DNA from: Armatimonadota bacterium
GTDB lineage: Bacteria > Armatimonadota > SYMT01
DNA length: 64,000 nucleotides
Reading direction: 5' to 3'
NCBI GenBank assembly: GCA_041690135.1
Contig: JAWLHY010000008.1
Location: 224,001 to 288,000, forward strand
Below the pieces are notes generated by a model. It worked only from the letters and a program-made list of their open reading frames with translations. It did no database searches and was not told where the DNA came from. Within the stretch, counting starts at the first letter, position 1, and each line of letters begins with the position of its first letter. Shown here piece by piece: positions 46,065-56,582 of this stretch. Made by a program: the position numbers and the translations under genes.

Positions 46065-46664
46065 TTACTGCGAACGCTGGCGGCTGCCGAGAACTGCCAT
46101 GATCGTGTCCACCGAACGCCGGATTCGATCGGAAACCGATCCCGGCGCCTCGGCCACTGCGATACTCGCCTCGGTTTTGGGTGGGACGGCCGGTGTGGCG
46201 CTTTCCGGGGTGATGGGGGAAAGGGCCACTTCCCCTTGCCGGACCCATCCTCGCCGGCGGGCTTCCATCTCAATACCCGCAGGCGTCCCCAGATAGGCGA
46301 TGTCGCTCTGCAGTTGGCGATTGATGGTACGTTCCAGGGCCAGTTGCTGCCTCAGCACCTGGATCTCCTGGCCCGTCTGATGGGTGGCCAGCACCGGTTC
46401 CACGGCGAACGCGGTGATACGTCCGGCGAAGCAGAATAATGCGGTTGCGCCCACCAGAATTGCCGCGGCCCGCAGCATTACCGGACGGGCACTGGTGCTG
46501 GAAGCGCGGCGCCGCCGCGGAACCTTCTGGGGCTCCGGCCGGCGCAGCGGGCTCACCAGCAAAGGATCCAGGGGCGCAGTCGGGGTCTCCCGATCCTTAA
46601 GGAAGGGGACTTCCGATCGCAAGGGCTTAACGAGTATCGGATCCAGCTCAAGCAACTGGCTCAT
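46065..46664 (-). CDS. Septum formation initiator (FtsB/DivIC-like) protein
   Basis: Single TM, coiled coil, then L.TPAGIEMEARRRGWVRQGE; downstream of eno. Confidence 0.7.
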   Translation of the reverse strand: MSQLLELDPILVKPLRSEVPFLKDRETPTAPLDPLLVSPLRRPEPQKVPRRRRASSTSARPVMLRAAAILVGATALFCFAGRITAFAVEPVLATHQTGQEIQVLRQQLALERTINRQLQSDIAYLGTPAGIEMEARRRGWVRQGEVALSPITPESATPAVPPKTEASIAVAEAPGSVSDRIRRSVDTIMAVLGSRQRSQ

Positions 46665-46940
46665 GGGTTCGTTTCGGCGAAGGAGAGGGGAGTGGAGTGA
46701 CGACGAGCGTGTCGAAGTTTCGACCAGGTACCTTAATCTTCGGCCGGCACCGCTCCCCGCGCTTAGCTAATTTTCGCAGGATTTTTGAGCCGAAGTTTTA
46801 CATCCACCAACAGCAAGCGAGCCATCCTTTGGTGGATAGGAGAGGCGAAACTTGCTCAATCTTATACCAGCCATCACCCTCTCGCCAAGACCAAATCGGC
46901 ACTTTTGAGCCTGGGCGCCCAACTTCCGGCAGATCCCCTT

Positions 46941-48356
46941 TCAGACCTTCTGCACCTTGATCAGGTTGGTGTGTCCGGGGGTGCCTACAGGTGCTCCAAG
47001 GGTAATCACGACCGTCTGCCCGGGCTGAATCCAGCCGGCGCTGAGAGCTCCCTGGACCGTCTCTGCCAGCATTTCGTCCGTGCTGGTGGTGGGCGCCACG
47101 AGGAGGGGACGGACGCCCCACACGAGGGGCAGACGGCGGTAGGTGGCCGGATTGGCGGTGGCGGCAATGACCTGCATCCGCGGGCGCATTCGCGAGACCA
47201 TACGGGCGGTGAACCCGGACGTCGTGGAGCAGAGGATCGCGGAGGCCTGGAGATCGTCCGCGATTTCGGCCACGCCCTGGCTGATGGCGTCCGTGATGCT
47301 GGTGGCCCGGGTGTGAATCACCTCTTCCATCAGCCCGGCATAGTCCAGGTGAGCTTCGGTGTACTCCGCCACGGCCGCCATCGTGGAGACGGCCTGCACG
47401 GGGTTGTCGCCCACGGCGGTTTCTCCGGAGAGCATCACGGCGCTGGTGCCGTCCAGGATGGCATTGGCGACGTCGGAAACTTCGGCGCGAGTCGGGCGAG
47501 GGCTCCGCGTCATCGATTCCAGCATTTGGGTCGCGGTGATCACCGGGCGGCCTTTACAGCGCCCCCGGGCGATGAGGTCCTTCTGGATGATCGGCACCTG
47601 GTAGAGCGGCATCTCCACGCCGAGATCACCGCGGGCCACCATCAAGGCATCGGTGGCCTCGATGATCTCATCGAGCGCCTCTACCGCTTCCGGTTTCTCG
47701 ATCTTGGCCACGATCTGCGCATCGATCCCCACACGCGCGGCGGTTTCGCGGACCGGCTGCAGATCGGCGGCCCGGCGTACAAATGAGACGGCGATCCAGT
47801 CGACCCCTAAACGGAGACCGAACTCCAGATCGTCCATATCCTTCCGGGTGAGTGAGGGGATGCCGAACGGGACAGAAGGCGCGGCAATGCCCTTGCGCGA
47901 GTTCAGGACGCCTCCATGCTGGATTTCGCAGACTGCTTCTTCCCCCTTCCGCTCGACGACGAGCAGGTCGATCTGACCGTCATCCAGGAAAACGCGATGG
48001 CCGGGCTGAAGCGCCTGCTGGAGCTCGCGGATCGGCAGCGGAATGCGGGTGGGGTGGACCGGGTCGAAGGCCTGACTGGAAAGCGTACAGCAATGCCCCT
48101 GGATCAGCTCGATACCGCTCGGCGGAAGTTCACCGATACGGAGTTTGGGGCCGGAGAGGTCCTGCAGGATCGAGATAGGGCGGCCGACTTCTTCGCTCAC
48201 CTCTCGCAGAATACGGTAGCGTTCTGCGTGCCACGCGTGCGAGCCGTGCGAGAAGTTCAGGCGTGCCACGTCCATGCCGGCTTCGGCCAATGCACGGATC
48301 TGTTCCCGGCTCTCGGAAGCGGGCCCCAGCGTACAAACGATCTTGGTCCTTCTCAT
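46941..48356 (-). CDS. pyk: Pyruvate kinase
   Basis: TKIVCTLGPAS, ARLNFSHG, AKIEKPEA, MVARGDLGVE, ATQMLESM, MLSGETA. Confidence 0.98.
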   Translation of the reverse strand: MRRTKIVCTLGPASESREQIRALAEAGMDVARLNFSHGSHAWHAERYRILREVSEEVGRPISILQDLSGPKLRIGELPPSGIELIQGHCCTLSSQAFDPVHPTRIPLPIRELQQALQPGHRVFLDDGQIDLLVVERKGEEAVCEIQHGGVLNSRKGIAAPSVPFGIPSLTRKDMDDLEFGLRLGVDWIAVSFVRRAADLQPVRETAARVGIDAQIVAKIEKPEAVEALDEIIEATDALMVARGDLGVEMPLYQVPIIQKDLIARGRCKGRPVITATQMLESMTRSPRPTRAEVSDVANAILDGTSAVMLSGETAVGDNPVQAVSTMAAVAEYTEAHLDYAGLMEEVIHTRATSITDAISQGVAEIADDLQASAILCSTTSGFTARMVSRMRPRMQVIAATANPATYRRLPLVWGVRPLLVAPTTSTDEMLAETVQGALSAGWIQPGQTVVITLGAPVGTPGHTNLIKVQKV

Positions 48357-48488
48357 ACTCGCACTACTCCTTCAACAACCATGGGGCACGACCGGACGGG
48401 GTGTCGTACCCGCGCCACTAAGGATATCCCAGCCAACCTATGGGAAGTTCGAAAGTGGCGGGAAGGAGTTTCGCCAGAGACCGGAACG

Positions 48489-48534
48489 AAATGCCGGTGC
48501 CCGAACCTGCATCGCAGCTTCGGGCACCGGCATT
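48489..48534. terminator. Hairpin downstream of eno
   Basis: AATGCCGGTGCCCGAA...TTCGGGCACCGGCATT. Confidence 0.6.
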
Positions 48535-48586
48535 GCCTCGCAGAACCTCGCCGGTGGAGTTACACCGGCGGATTTCCGACGGTCGC

Positions 48587-49975
<1,389 letters not shown>

Positions 49976-52648
49976 CTACTTGTCGGCCGGACCGCCCATT
50001 CCCAGCGCCGCCTGGGCCGCCGCGAGGCGGGCCACCGGAACGCGGAGCGGGCTGCAGCTCACGTAGTTGAGGCCGATCTGGTTGCAGAAGTGGATGCTGG
50101 TCGGGTCGCCGCCGTGCTCGCCGCAGATGCCGAGCTTGATGCCCGGGTTCACGGCCTGCGCATCGTCGACGCAGATCTTCATCAGCCGGCCCACGCCCGT
50201 CTGGTCGATCGACTCGGTCGGGTCCTGCTTGAGGATCCCCTTCTGGATGTAGACCGGCAGGAACTTCCCGGCGTCGTCGCGCGACAGGCCGAAGGTCATC
50301 TGCGTCAGGTCGTTGGTGCCGAAGGAGAAGAAGGAGGCGTGCGCCGCGATCTCCGCCGCCGTCAGCGCCGCACGCGGGATCTCGATCATGGTGCCGAACT
50401 GGTAGTCCACCTGGACGCCTTCCGCGGCCATCGTCGATTTGGCGACGTCTTCGAGCTGCGCCTTCAACAGGGTGAGCTCGTTCACGTGGCCGACCAGCGG
50501 GATCATGATCTCCGGATGGACCGCCTCGCCCTGCTTCGCCAACTCGCACGCCGCGCCGATGATAGCCGCGACCTGCATATTGACGATGCCCGGCATCACG
50601 ATGGAAAGCCGGCATCCGCGAAGACCCAGCATCGGGTTCTCTTCATGCAGGTCTTCCACCTTGGCCAGCAGGCGGGTCTGCTTCTCCAGTTCCGCACCGG
50701 AGGCGTTCTCGGCTTCCAGGCGGCGCAGCTCCTGGCGGACCTCTTCGGCGTGCGGCAGGAACTCATGGAGCGGCGGGTCGATCAGGCGGACCGTCACCGG
50801 CCGGCCCTGCATCGCCCGGAAGATGCCCACGAAGTCTTCGCGCTGCATCGGCAGGAGGACGTCGAGAGCCTTCTGGCGGTCTTCTTCGTTCTCGGCGAGG
50901 ATCATGTCGCGGACGGGGCCGACGCGCTCCGCACCCAGGAACATATGCTCCGTGCGGCAGAGGCCGATGCCCTGCGCGCCCAGCCGGACCGCTTCCGCGG
51001 CCTGCTCGGGGGTGTCGGCGTTGGCGCGCACGCCCATCTTGCGGAAGGAGTCGGCCCACTCCATGAAGGTGGCGAAGTCGCCCGTCACGGCCACCGGCTC
51101 CGTCTCGAGCTGTTCGAGGTAAACCTCGCCCGTGGTGCCGTCGATGGAGATGATGTCGCCCTCGGCAATCGTGTGACCGCCGACGGAGAAGGACCGGGCC
51201 TTGTCGTCGATCCGGATCTCCTTACAGCCGCAGATCGTCGGGATGCCGTACTGACGGGCGACGAGCGCGGCGTGGGAGGTCCGGCCGCCTTCGGAGGTCA
51301 GCACGCCCTTGGCCGCCAGCATTCCACCCAGGTCGTCCGGGTTGGTGATCTTGCGGACGAGGATGACCGGCTTGCCCGCCGCGTGCATATCGATCGCCGT
51401 GGGGCTGTCGAGCGCCACGTGACCGACGGCGCCGCCGGGTCCGGCGTTGAGGCCCACCGCCACCGGCTTGAGGCCGGACGGCTTGACCAGGCGCGGGTGG
51501 AGAAGCTGCTCGAGCTGGCTCGGGGGAACGCGGTTGACCGCTTCTTCCTTGGAGATGCGGCCCTCGTGCACCATGTCCACGGCGACCTTCACCGCGGCGC
51601 CGCCGGTCCGCTTACCCGTGCGGCACTGGAGGATGAAGAGGCGCTGGTTCTGGATGGTGAACTCGATGTCCTGCATTTCCCGGTAGTGATCTTCCAGGAC
51701 CTTGCAGACTTCCTCGAACTGGCCGTAGATTTCGGGGAACTCGTTCGCCAGCTGGTCGATGCTCTGCGGGGTCCGGACGCCGGCCACGACGTCTTCACCC
51801 TGGGCGTTGCGCAGGAATTCGCCGAAGATCTTGGCTTCGCCGGTGGCGGGGTTGCGGGTGAAGGCCACACCGGTGCCGCAGTCGTCGCCCATGTTGCCGA
51901 AGACCATCGACTGGACGTTGACGGCGGTGCCCAGGTCGTGAGCGATCCGCTCCTTGTTGCGGTAGATGACGGCGCGGGGGTTGCCCCAGGAGCGGAACAC
52001 GGCGAGGATCGCCAGGCGGAGCTGCTCTTTCGGGTCGGAGGGGAAGTCCGAGCCGTAGTGAGTTTTGAAATGAGCGAGGAACTTCTCGGTCACCTCGCGC
52101 ATCCCCTCGGCGCTGAGGTCGCTGTCCAGGTGCACCTTGTGGTGCTCCTTCACTTCCTCGAGGATCTCTTCGTATGCTTCCTTTTCCAACTCCGTGCGGC
52201 CCTCGGCCAGCACGACGTCGGAGAACATCATGATGAAGCGGCGGTACGAGTCATAAGCGAACCGCGGGTTGTGGGTCGCTTCGATCAGAGCCTGGAGCGT
52301 GTCGCCATTGAGACCCAGGTTGAGGATGGTGTCCATCATCCCCGGCATCGAGAACTTGGCTCCGGAGCGGACGGAGAAGAGGAGCGGGTTCTGCGTATCA
52401 CCGAACTTCTGCCCCATGTTCTCTTCGACGTCCGCCACGGCGGCCTCCACCTGGTCCCACAGTCCTTCCGGGAACTGGCCCGTGGCAAGGTAGTCGTTGC
52501 AGGTTTCGGTGGTAATCGTGAACCCGGGCGGCACGGGCAGCCCGATCTTCGTCATTTCGGCGAGGTTGGCCCCCTTGCCGCCCAGGAGGTCGCGCATCGT
52601 GGCGTTCGCTTCCCGGAAGAGGTAAACCCGCTTCTTGTCCTGACTCAT
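49976..52648 (-). CDS. ppdK: Pyruvate, phosphate dikinase
   Basis: LGGKGANLAEM, SMPGMMDT, GGRTSHAA, GLCRTEHMF, SFGTNDLTQ, GICGEHGG. Confidence 0.98.
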   Translation of the reverse strand: MSQDKKRVYLFREANATMRDLLGGKGANLAEMTKIGLPVPPGFTITTETCNDYLATGQFPEGLWDQVEAAVADVEENMGQKFGDTQNPLLFSVRSGAKFSMPGMMDTILNLGLNGDTLQALIEATHNPRFAYDSYRRFIMMFSDVVLAEGRTELEKEAYEEILEEVKEHHKVHLDSDLSAEGMREVTEKFLAHFKTHYGSDFPSDPKEQLRLAILAVFRSWGNPRAVIYRNKERIAHDLGTAVNVQSMVFGNMGDDCGTGVAFTRNPATGEAKIFGEFLRNAQGEDVVAGVRTPQSIDQLANEFPEIYGQFEEVCKVLEDHYREMQDIEFTIQNQRLFILQCRTGKRTGGAAVKVAVDMVHEGRISKEEAVNRVPPSQLEQLLHPRLVKPSGLKPVAVGLNAGPGGAVGHVALDSPTAIDMHAAGKPVILVRKITNPDDLGGMLAAKGVLTSEGGRTSHAALVARQYGIPTICGCKEIRIDDKARSFSVGGHTIAEGDIISIDGTTGEVYLEQLETEPVAVTGDFATFMEWADSFRKMGVRANADTPEQAAEAVRLGAQGIGLCRTEHMFLGAERVGPVRDMILAENEEDRQKALDVLLPMQREDFVGIFRAMQGRPVTVRLIDPPLHEFLPHAEEVRQELRRLEAENASGAELEKQTRLLAKVEDLHEENPMLGLRGCRLSIVMPGIVNMQVAAIIGAACELAKQGEAVHPEIMIPLVGHVNELTLLKAQLEDVAKSTMAAEGVQVDYQFGTMIEIPRAALTAAEIAAHASFFSFGTNDLTQMTFGLSRDDAGKFLPVYIQKGILKQDPTESIDQTGVGRLMKICVDDAQAVNPGIKLGICGEHGGDPTSIHFCNQIGLNYVSCSPLRVPVARLAAAQAALGMGGPADK

Positions 52649-52971
52649 CTGTAATCTCCACTATAACCGGTCAAACCCGGCGGATGGATCGGAAATCGGC
52701 CGCAACTTTGACCCCGAAGGGCCATCAGCGACCGGCGTAGCACCTGCGGCTACCGGCGGGCCGGGTGTCCTGCAGATCGATGCAGCAGCGGCGCTGCCGG
52801 AAACTTTAAGAGTCCTGGGGTTCGTGCACAGGCGTCTTCACCAACGACCTGCCCGAACGAGGATAGGCGGACCGGAACGCCAGCGTTCGAGAACGCGTGG
52901 CCGATCCCGGCCGGGGCAAAAATTGCCCGGCAATTCTATCGCAGGGTGTGCGGGGCGGCAACAGCGGTGAC

Positions 52972-53123
52972 GGGGGCGGGTCGGGGAGGGGGGAGAGTGG
53001 AGGGTGGGGAGTGGAAGGTGGGGAGTGGAAGGTGGTGGGTGGTGGAGTGGAGGCTGGGGGATGACGGAGTAGGAGTAGGAGAGGCCTGCGGCAGATTGTG
53101 GCGAGTATTATGATTAGGATCAG
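52972..53123 (+). repeat. G-rich heptamer tract (GGTGGRR/AGTGGAA) followed by GAGTAG/GATTAG hexamers
   Basis: GAGTGGAGGGTGGGGAGTGGAAGGTGGGGAGTGGAAGGTGGTGGG... then GGAGTAGGAGTAGG and GATTAGGATCAGG. Confidence 0.7.
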
Positions 53124-53806
53124 GGGGAACCGGTGCGGAGAGCCTGGGAGTGCTGTCTGGCCGCACGGGTGTTTTCCAGGGCGGTTTCCAGGTGGTAGAG
53201 CAGGAGGTGGAGCCGGAGGTCGTCCGGGGTTTTGCGGAGCTGTGCGGCGAGCGTGTTCCGGGTGGACTTGAGCTTGCCCGCTTCGGTGAGTGCAACGACA
53301 TAGCTCTTCCCAAGGGCGGAAGACTGCATATCCGCCAGACGGAGCGGCGCGATGCCCGTTTGCGGCGTGTGGCAGGACCGGCACTCCGGCTGGTGGATGC
53401 GGACGGAAAGCGAGAGGAAGCGGTCGTAGAACTGGGCTGCTTTCTCCGGCTTGCCCTCCGCCCGATAGCTCTCGGCGGCCACCCGAAAGTAGATGTGTTT
53501 GTCGCTAAGAGACATCGGGACCTGGGGGTCGAGCCCCTCCAGCGTCGTGATCGCCATTTCCGGAGCGCCGAAGTTTGCTGCCTGCTGAGCCCTGCGGACG
53601 AGGTCCGCTTGCGTCTGCTGCGCCAGATTGGGCTTGGCCGCTGGTGCGGTCTCGCTCTGCATCATCCGCGGAACGACGCTGATAACGGCGGCGAACAGAA
53701 TCCAGAGAAGCGCGAAGCCGAGCGCAACGAGCAACCAGGGCCACCAGGTCGCGGACCGGCGGTCGGTGCGGTGGATATCGTCGTCAACCAGTGGCATCGG
53801 AAGCAT
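53120..53806 (-). CDS. Membrane-anchored TPR-like protein with a CxxCH motif
   Basis: N-terminal TM, TPR-like helices, ECRSCHT. Confidence 0.7.
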   Translation of the reverse strand: MLPMPLVDDDIHRTDRRSATWWPWLLVALGFALLWILFAAVISVVPRMMQSETAPAAKPNLAQQTQADLVRRAQQAANFGAPEMAITTLEGLDPQVPMSLSDKHIYFRVAAESYRAEGKPEKAAQFYDRFLSLSVRIHQPECRSCHTPQTGIAPLRLADMQSSALGKSYVVALTEAGKLKSTRNTLAAQLRKTPDDLRLHLLLYHLETALENTRAARQHSQALRTGSP

Positions 53807-53813
53807 GAATGCG

Positions 53814-53850
53814 GAAAGAGGCCGGATGCAGCGCGCGTCCGGCCTCTTTC
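53814..53850 (-). terminator. Terminator after the ABC permease
   Basis: GAAAGAGGCCGGA...TCCGGCCTCTTTC. Confidence 0.7.
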
Positions 53851-53874
53851 ATGACGTACAGTAACCGCGGACGG

Positions 53875-54960
53875 TTATCCGGACCGAGCGCGACCGGCCT
53901 TTCCGCTCGTGGCCAGTACCCGGATCTGGTTGAGGACGACCGCCGCCAGGAGCACGCCCCCGACGACCATACCGCGCCAGAAGGTCGGATTGGCCATCGT
54001 CAGGTTGATGATGTTCAGGATCATCTCCAGCAGGACCGCGCCGAGAACCGTCCCCAGCACACTGCCGCGTCCACCGGTGAGGAGGGCGCCGCCGATGACC
54101 GCCGCCGAAATGGCGTTGAGCTCGAACATCACGCCGCCGCCCGGGTCGCCCTGTCCCGCATATCCGGCATAGAGGATCCCCGCCAGGCCGCCCAGCAGGC
54201 TACAGGTGCCATAGACGAAGAGGCGCACGGAGAGGACGTTAATCCCGGAGAGGCGCGAAGCTTCCACATTGCTGCCCACCGAGTAAACGTGTCGGCCCAC
54301 ACGCGTGCCCAGCAGAATCGCCGTGATCGCTACCGCCAGCGCCAACATGATCAGCGTGGGCACCGGCAGGCCTACTCCGGTGCCCGCAATGTAGAGCTTC
54401 TGGTTGCCCAGGAAGGTGATCAACGGGAACCGTTCGATCGGAACCGGCACGGCGTTGTTCAGCAGCAAGCTGCCGCTCCGGAGGATCGACATCGAGGCGA
54501 GGGTGACCACGAACGGCGGCAACCGGAGGAAGTGGATCAGCAGCGCGTGCACCACTCCCAGTGCCAGCGAGAATGCCAGCACGACGAGGATGGCCAGCAG
54601 GGTGGCCTGACCCGCCGGCATGCCCCCGTCGACCATGCGGTTCATGGTCGTGCCCAGCAGCATCCCCGCGAACGCCACGAGCGACCCCAGGCTAAGATCG
54701 ATGCCGCCGGTCAGGATGACCAGCAGTTCCCCAATGGCGAAGGTGGACTGGAGACTGATCGTCCGCAGCAGGCTATCCCGGTTGAAATCGCTGATAAACC
54801 CCTTCCACTGCGGGGTGAACGCCATGTACCCCAGCAGGACGACGATTACCAGGACGACGCTGGCCTCCGGAGTCGCCAGCCAGCGCCCGGAGCGGGGCTG
54901 GCCGGCGACTTTGGGACTTACGGGTACCGGGGGTTGGGTTTCAGGAGGACTTGATGCCAA
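53875..54960 (-). CDS. Sugar ABC transporter permease (RbsC family)
   Basis: VILTGGIDLSLG, PPFVVTLA, GSNVEASRLSGI, FELNAISAAVIGG. Confidence 0.93.
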   Translation of the reverse strand: MASSPPETQPPVPVSPKVAGQPRSGRWLATPEASVVLVIVVLLGYMAFTPQWKGFISDFNRDSLLRTISLQSTFAIGELLVILTGGIDLSLGSLVAFAGMLLGTTMNRMVDGGMPAGQATLLAILVVLAFSLALGVVHALLIHFLRLPPFVVTLASMSILRSGSLLLNNAVPVPIERFPLITFLGNQKLYIAGTGVGLPVPTLIMLALAVAITAILLGTRVGRHVYSVGSNVEASRLSGINVLSVRLFVYGTCSLLGGLAGILYAGYAGQGDPGGGVMFELNAISAAVIGGALLTGGRGSVLGTVLGAVLLEMILNIINLTMANPTFWRGMVVGGVLLAAVVLNQIRVLATSGKAGRARSG

Positions 54961-56089
54961 GAGCTTCCAGGCCCTTCTTGTAATCCCGGACGTTACCCGG
55001 GGTAATCACTTCCACTCCGGTGTCGTACATCCCGTCCTCGGGGATGTTCATCTCCTTTTTCGCTTCCGACCAACCCTTGCGGTTGATGAGGTACAGAAGC
55101 TTGGTGGAGAGATAACCGAAGTCGTACGGCTTCTGAACGACCGTGGCGTCGATGTTGCCCTTTTCCAGTTCCTGAAGCGTCACCGGCTCCGCATCGAAAG
55201 CGACGATCTTGTACTTGTCGCGCAGCTTGGCGTTCGACACGGCCTGCACGATAGCGGGGCCGTTGTAGCTGAAAAGGCCCAGGAAGCCCTGCACCTGATC
55301 GTTGTGCTTCGCGATGGCATTTTCAACGTTGCTGCGGGCGCGCGAGGCGTCCTTGTTGTCATCCAGCACGTCGATCACTTCGATGTTCTTCTCTTTGGCG
55401 GATTCCACGAAGCCGTCGCGCCGCTCGCGAGCGTTGGAGGCGCTGATGTTGCCCACGAAGCCGACGAACTTGCTGCCGGCCGGTACCAGCTCTGTGGCCG
55501 CTTTCCCGGCCGCCTTGCCGGCGTTGAAGTTGTTCGTCCCGATGTAGCAGAGTCGGCCCGAAGTGGGGGAGTCGGAGTCGAAGGTGATGATGGGGACGTT
55601 CTTATCCAGCACCATCTGCACGATCGCCACGGAGGCTTCCGGCTCGATACAGGAGAGCGCAATGCCGTCCGCCCCCTTTGCGAGGGCATCCTCGACCATG
55701 CGCTTCTGTTCCGCCACGGTGGAGTTCTGGGGTCCGCTCCATTCCGCCTTACATCCGAGTTCGGCCGCAGCTTTCTTCATGCCGACGCCCATCGGGTCCC
55801 AGAACGGCGAGATTCCGTTGGTGATGACCGCGATGAAGACGTCGCCTTCGGCCTTTCGGGGACTTTCAAACTTCGCAGCAGCAGTGCTGGCGGAACCAGA
55901 GGTGCCGGGCGTGCTGCTACCGGCACCGGAGCTGGCGGCCGGCGTGCTCCCAGCTCCCGCGTCAGGAGAGGGTGGTTCGGTAGAGCACGACGTTAGCAGC
56001 AGCGTCAGGGGAAGCAGACTGCTCGCCGCGACCCATGCGGCTTTGCGCGAGCGAGAGCGACCTGGGGTATTCCCAGCGCAGAGAGGCAT
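54941..56089 (-). CDS. Sugar ABC transporter substrate-binding lipoprotein (RbsB/LacI fold)
   Basis: Lipobox LTS-C, PFW, PIITFDSD, YIGTNN..AG, IVAFD, VVQKPY. Confidence 0.92.
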   Translation of the reverse strand: MPLCAGNTPGRSRSRKAAWVAASSLLPLTLLLTSCSTEPPSPDAGAGSTPAASSGAGSSTPGTSGSASTAAAKFESPRKAEGDVFIAVITNGISPFWDPMGVGMKKAAAELGCKAEWSGPQNSTVAEQKRMVEDALAKGADGIALSCIEPEASVAIVQMVLDKNVPIITFDSDSPTSGRLCYIGTNNFNAGKAAGKAATELVPAGSKFVGFVGNISASNARERRDGFVESAKEKNIEVIDVLDDNKDASRARSNVENAIAKHNDQVQGFLGLFSYNGPAIVQAVSNAKLRDKYKIVAFDAEPVTLQELEKGNIDATVVQKPYDFGYLSTKLLYLINRKGWSEAKKEMNIPEDGMYDTGVEVITPGNVRDYKKGLEALGIKSS

Positions 56090-56522
56090 CTTCTAGTTCC
56101 TCCAGAGTATCTACAGGTGCAAATCGGTATCCGGTACAGCCCGCTGGCGTGTCGGAACATACCAATGTTCTACGAACAAGTAAAGACTCCTCCGAAAATC
56201 CCGGGAAGGGTGATTCCCGGTGCGAAATGCGAAGTCCAAGTGGCGAGGAGTCAGGGGCGAAGGGTGTAGTCGATCGTGCGCTGGCATACGTCCGGACCAG
56301 TCGAACAGCGCCGCGGCAGGACTCCCTCGTGGCAAGCGGCGTGGACTTTGCCTTTGCGCTTGTTGATGTCGAGCAGGCCCTCCGATGCCTGACTCGCCGG
56401 AGTTCGGGCCTATATTGACGTGTGGGGCTCCGCTTACCGCTTACGGGTACCGGGGAGCGACGGTTCGGGGGCGATGACCGAGCACGGACTGGAGGTGTTC
56501 AAGTTTTCCGGACAATAGCTGC

Positions 56523-56553
56523 CAGGGGTGGTGACGTGTTGTCATCACCCCTG
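56523..56553. terminator. Hairpin downstream of glmS
   Basis: CAGGGGTGGTGAC-gtgtt-GTCATCACCCCTG. Confidence 0.5.
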
Positions 56554-56582
56554 CCGGCTATCGGAAACCTATACTCCGTGCC

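Noticed and set aside
52806-53384. Pro-rich minus-strand ORF
   Set aside because: Translation of the G-rich repeat tract overlapping a better-supported CDS.
56155-56180. LexA box (GAAC...GTTC)
   Set aside because: Spacing is N8 rather than N4, and the downstream gene is a sugar transporter.
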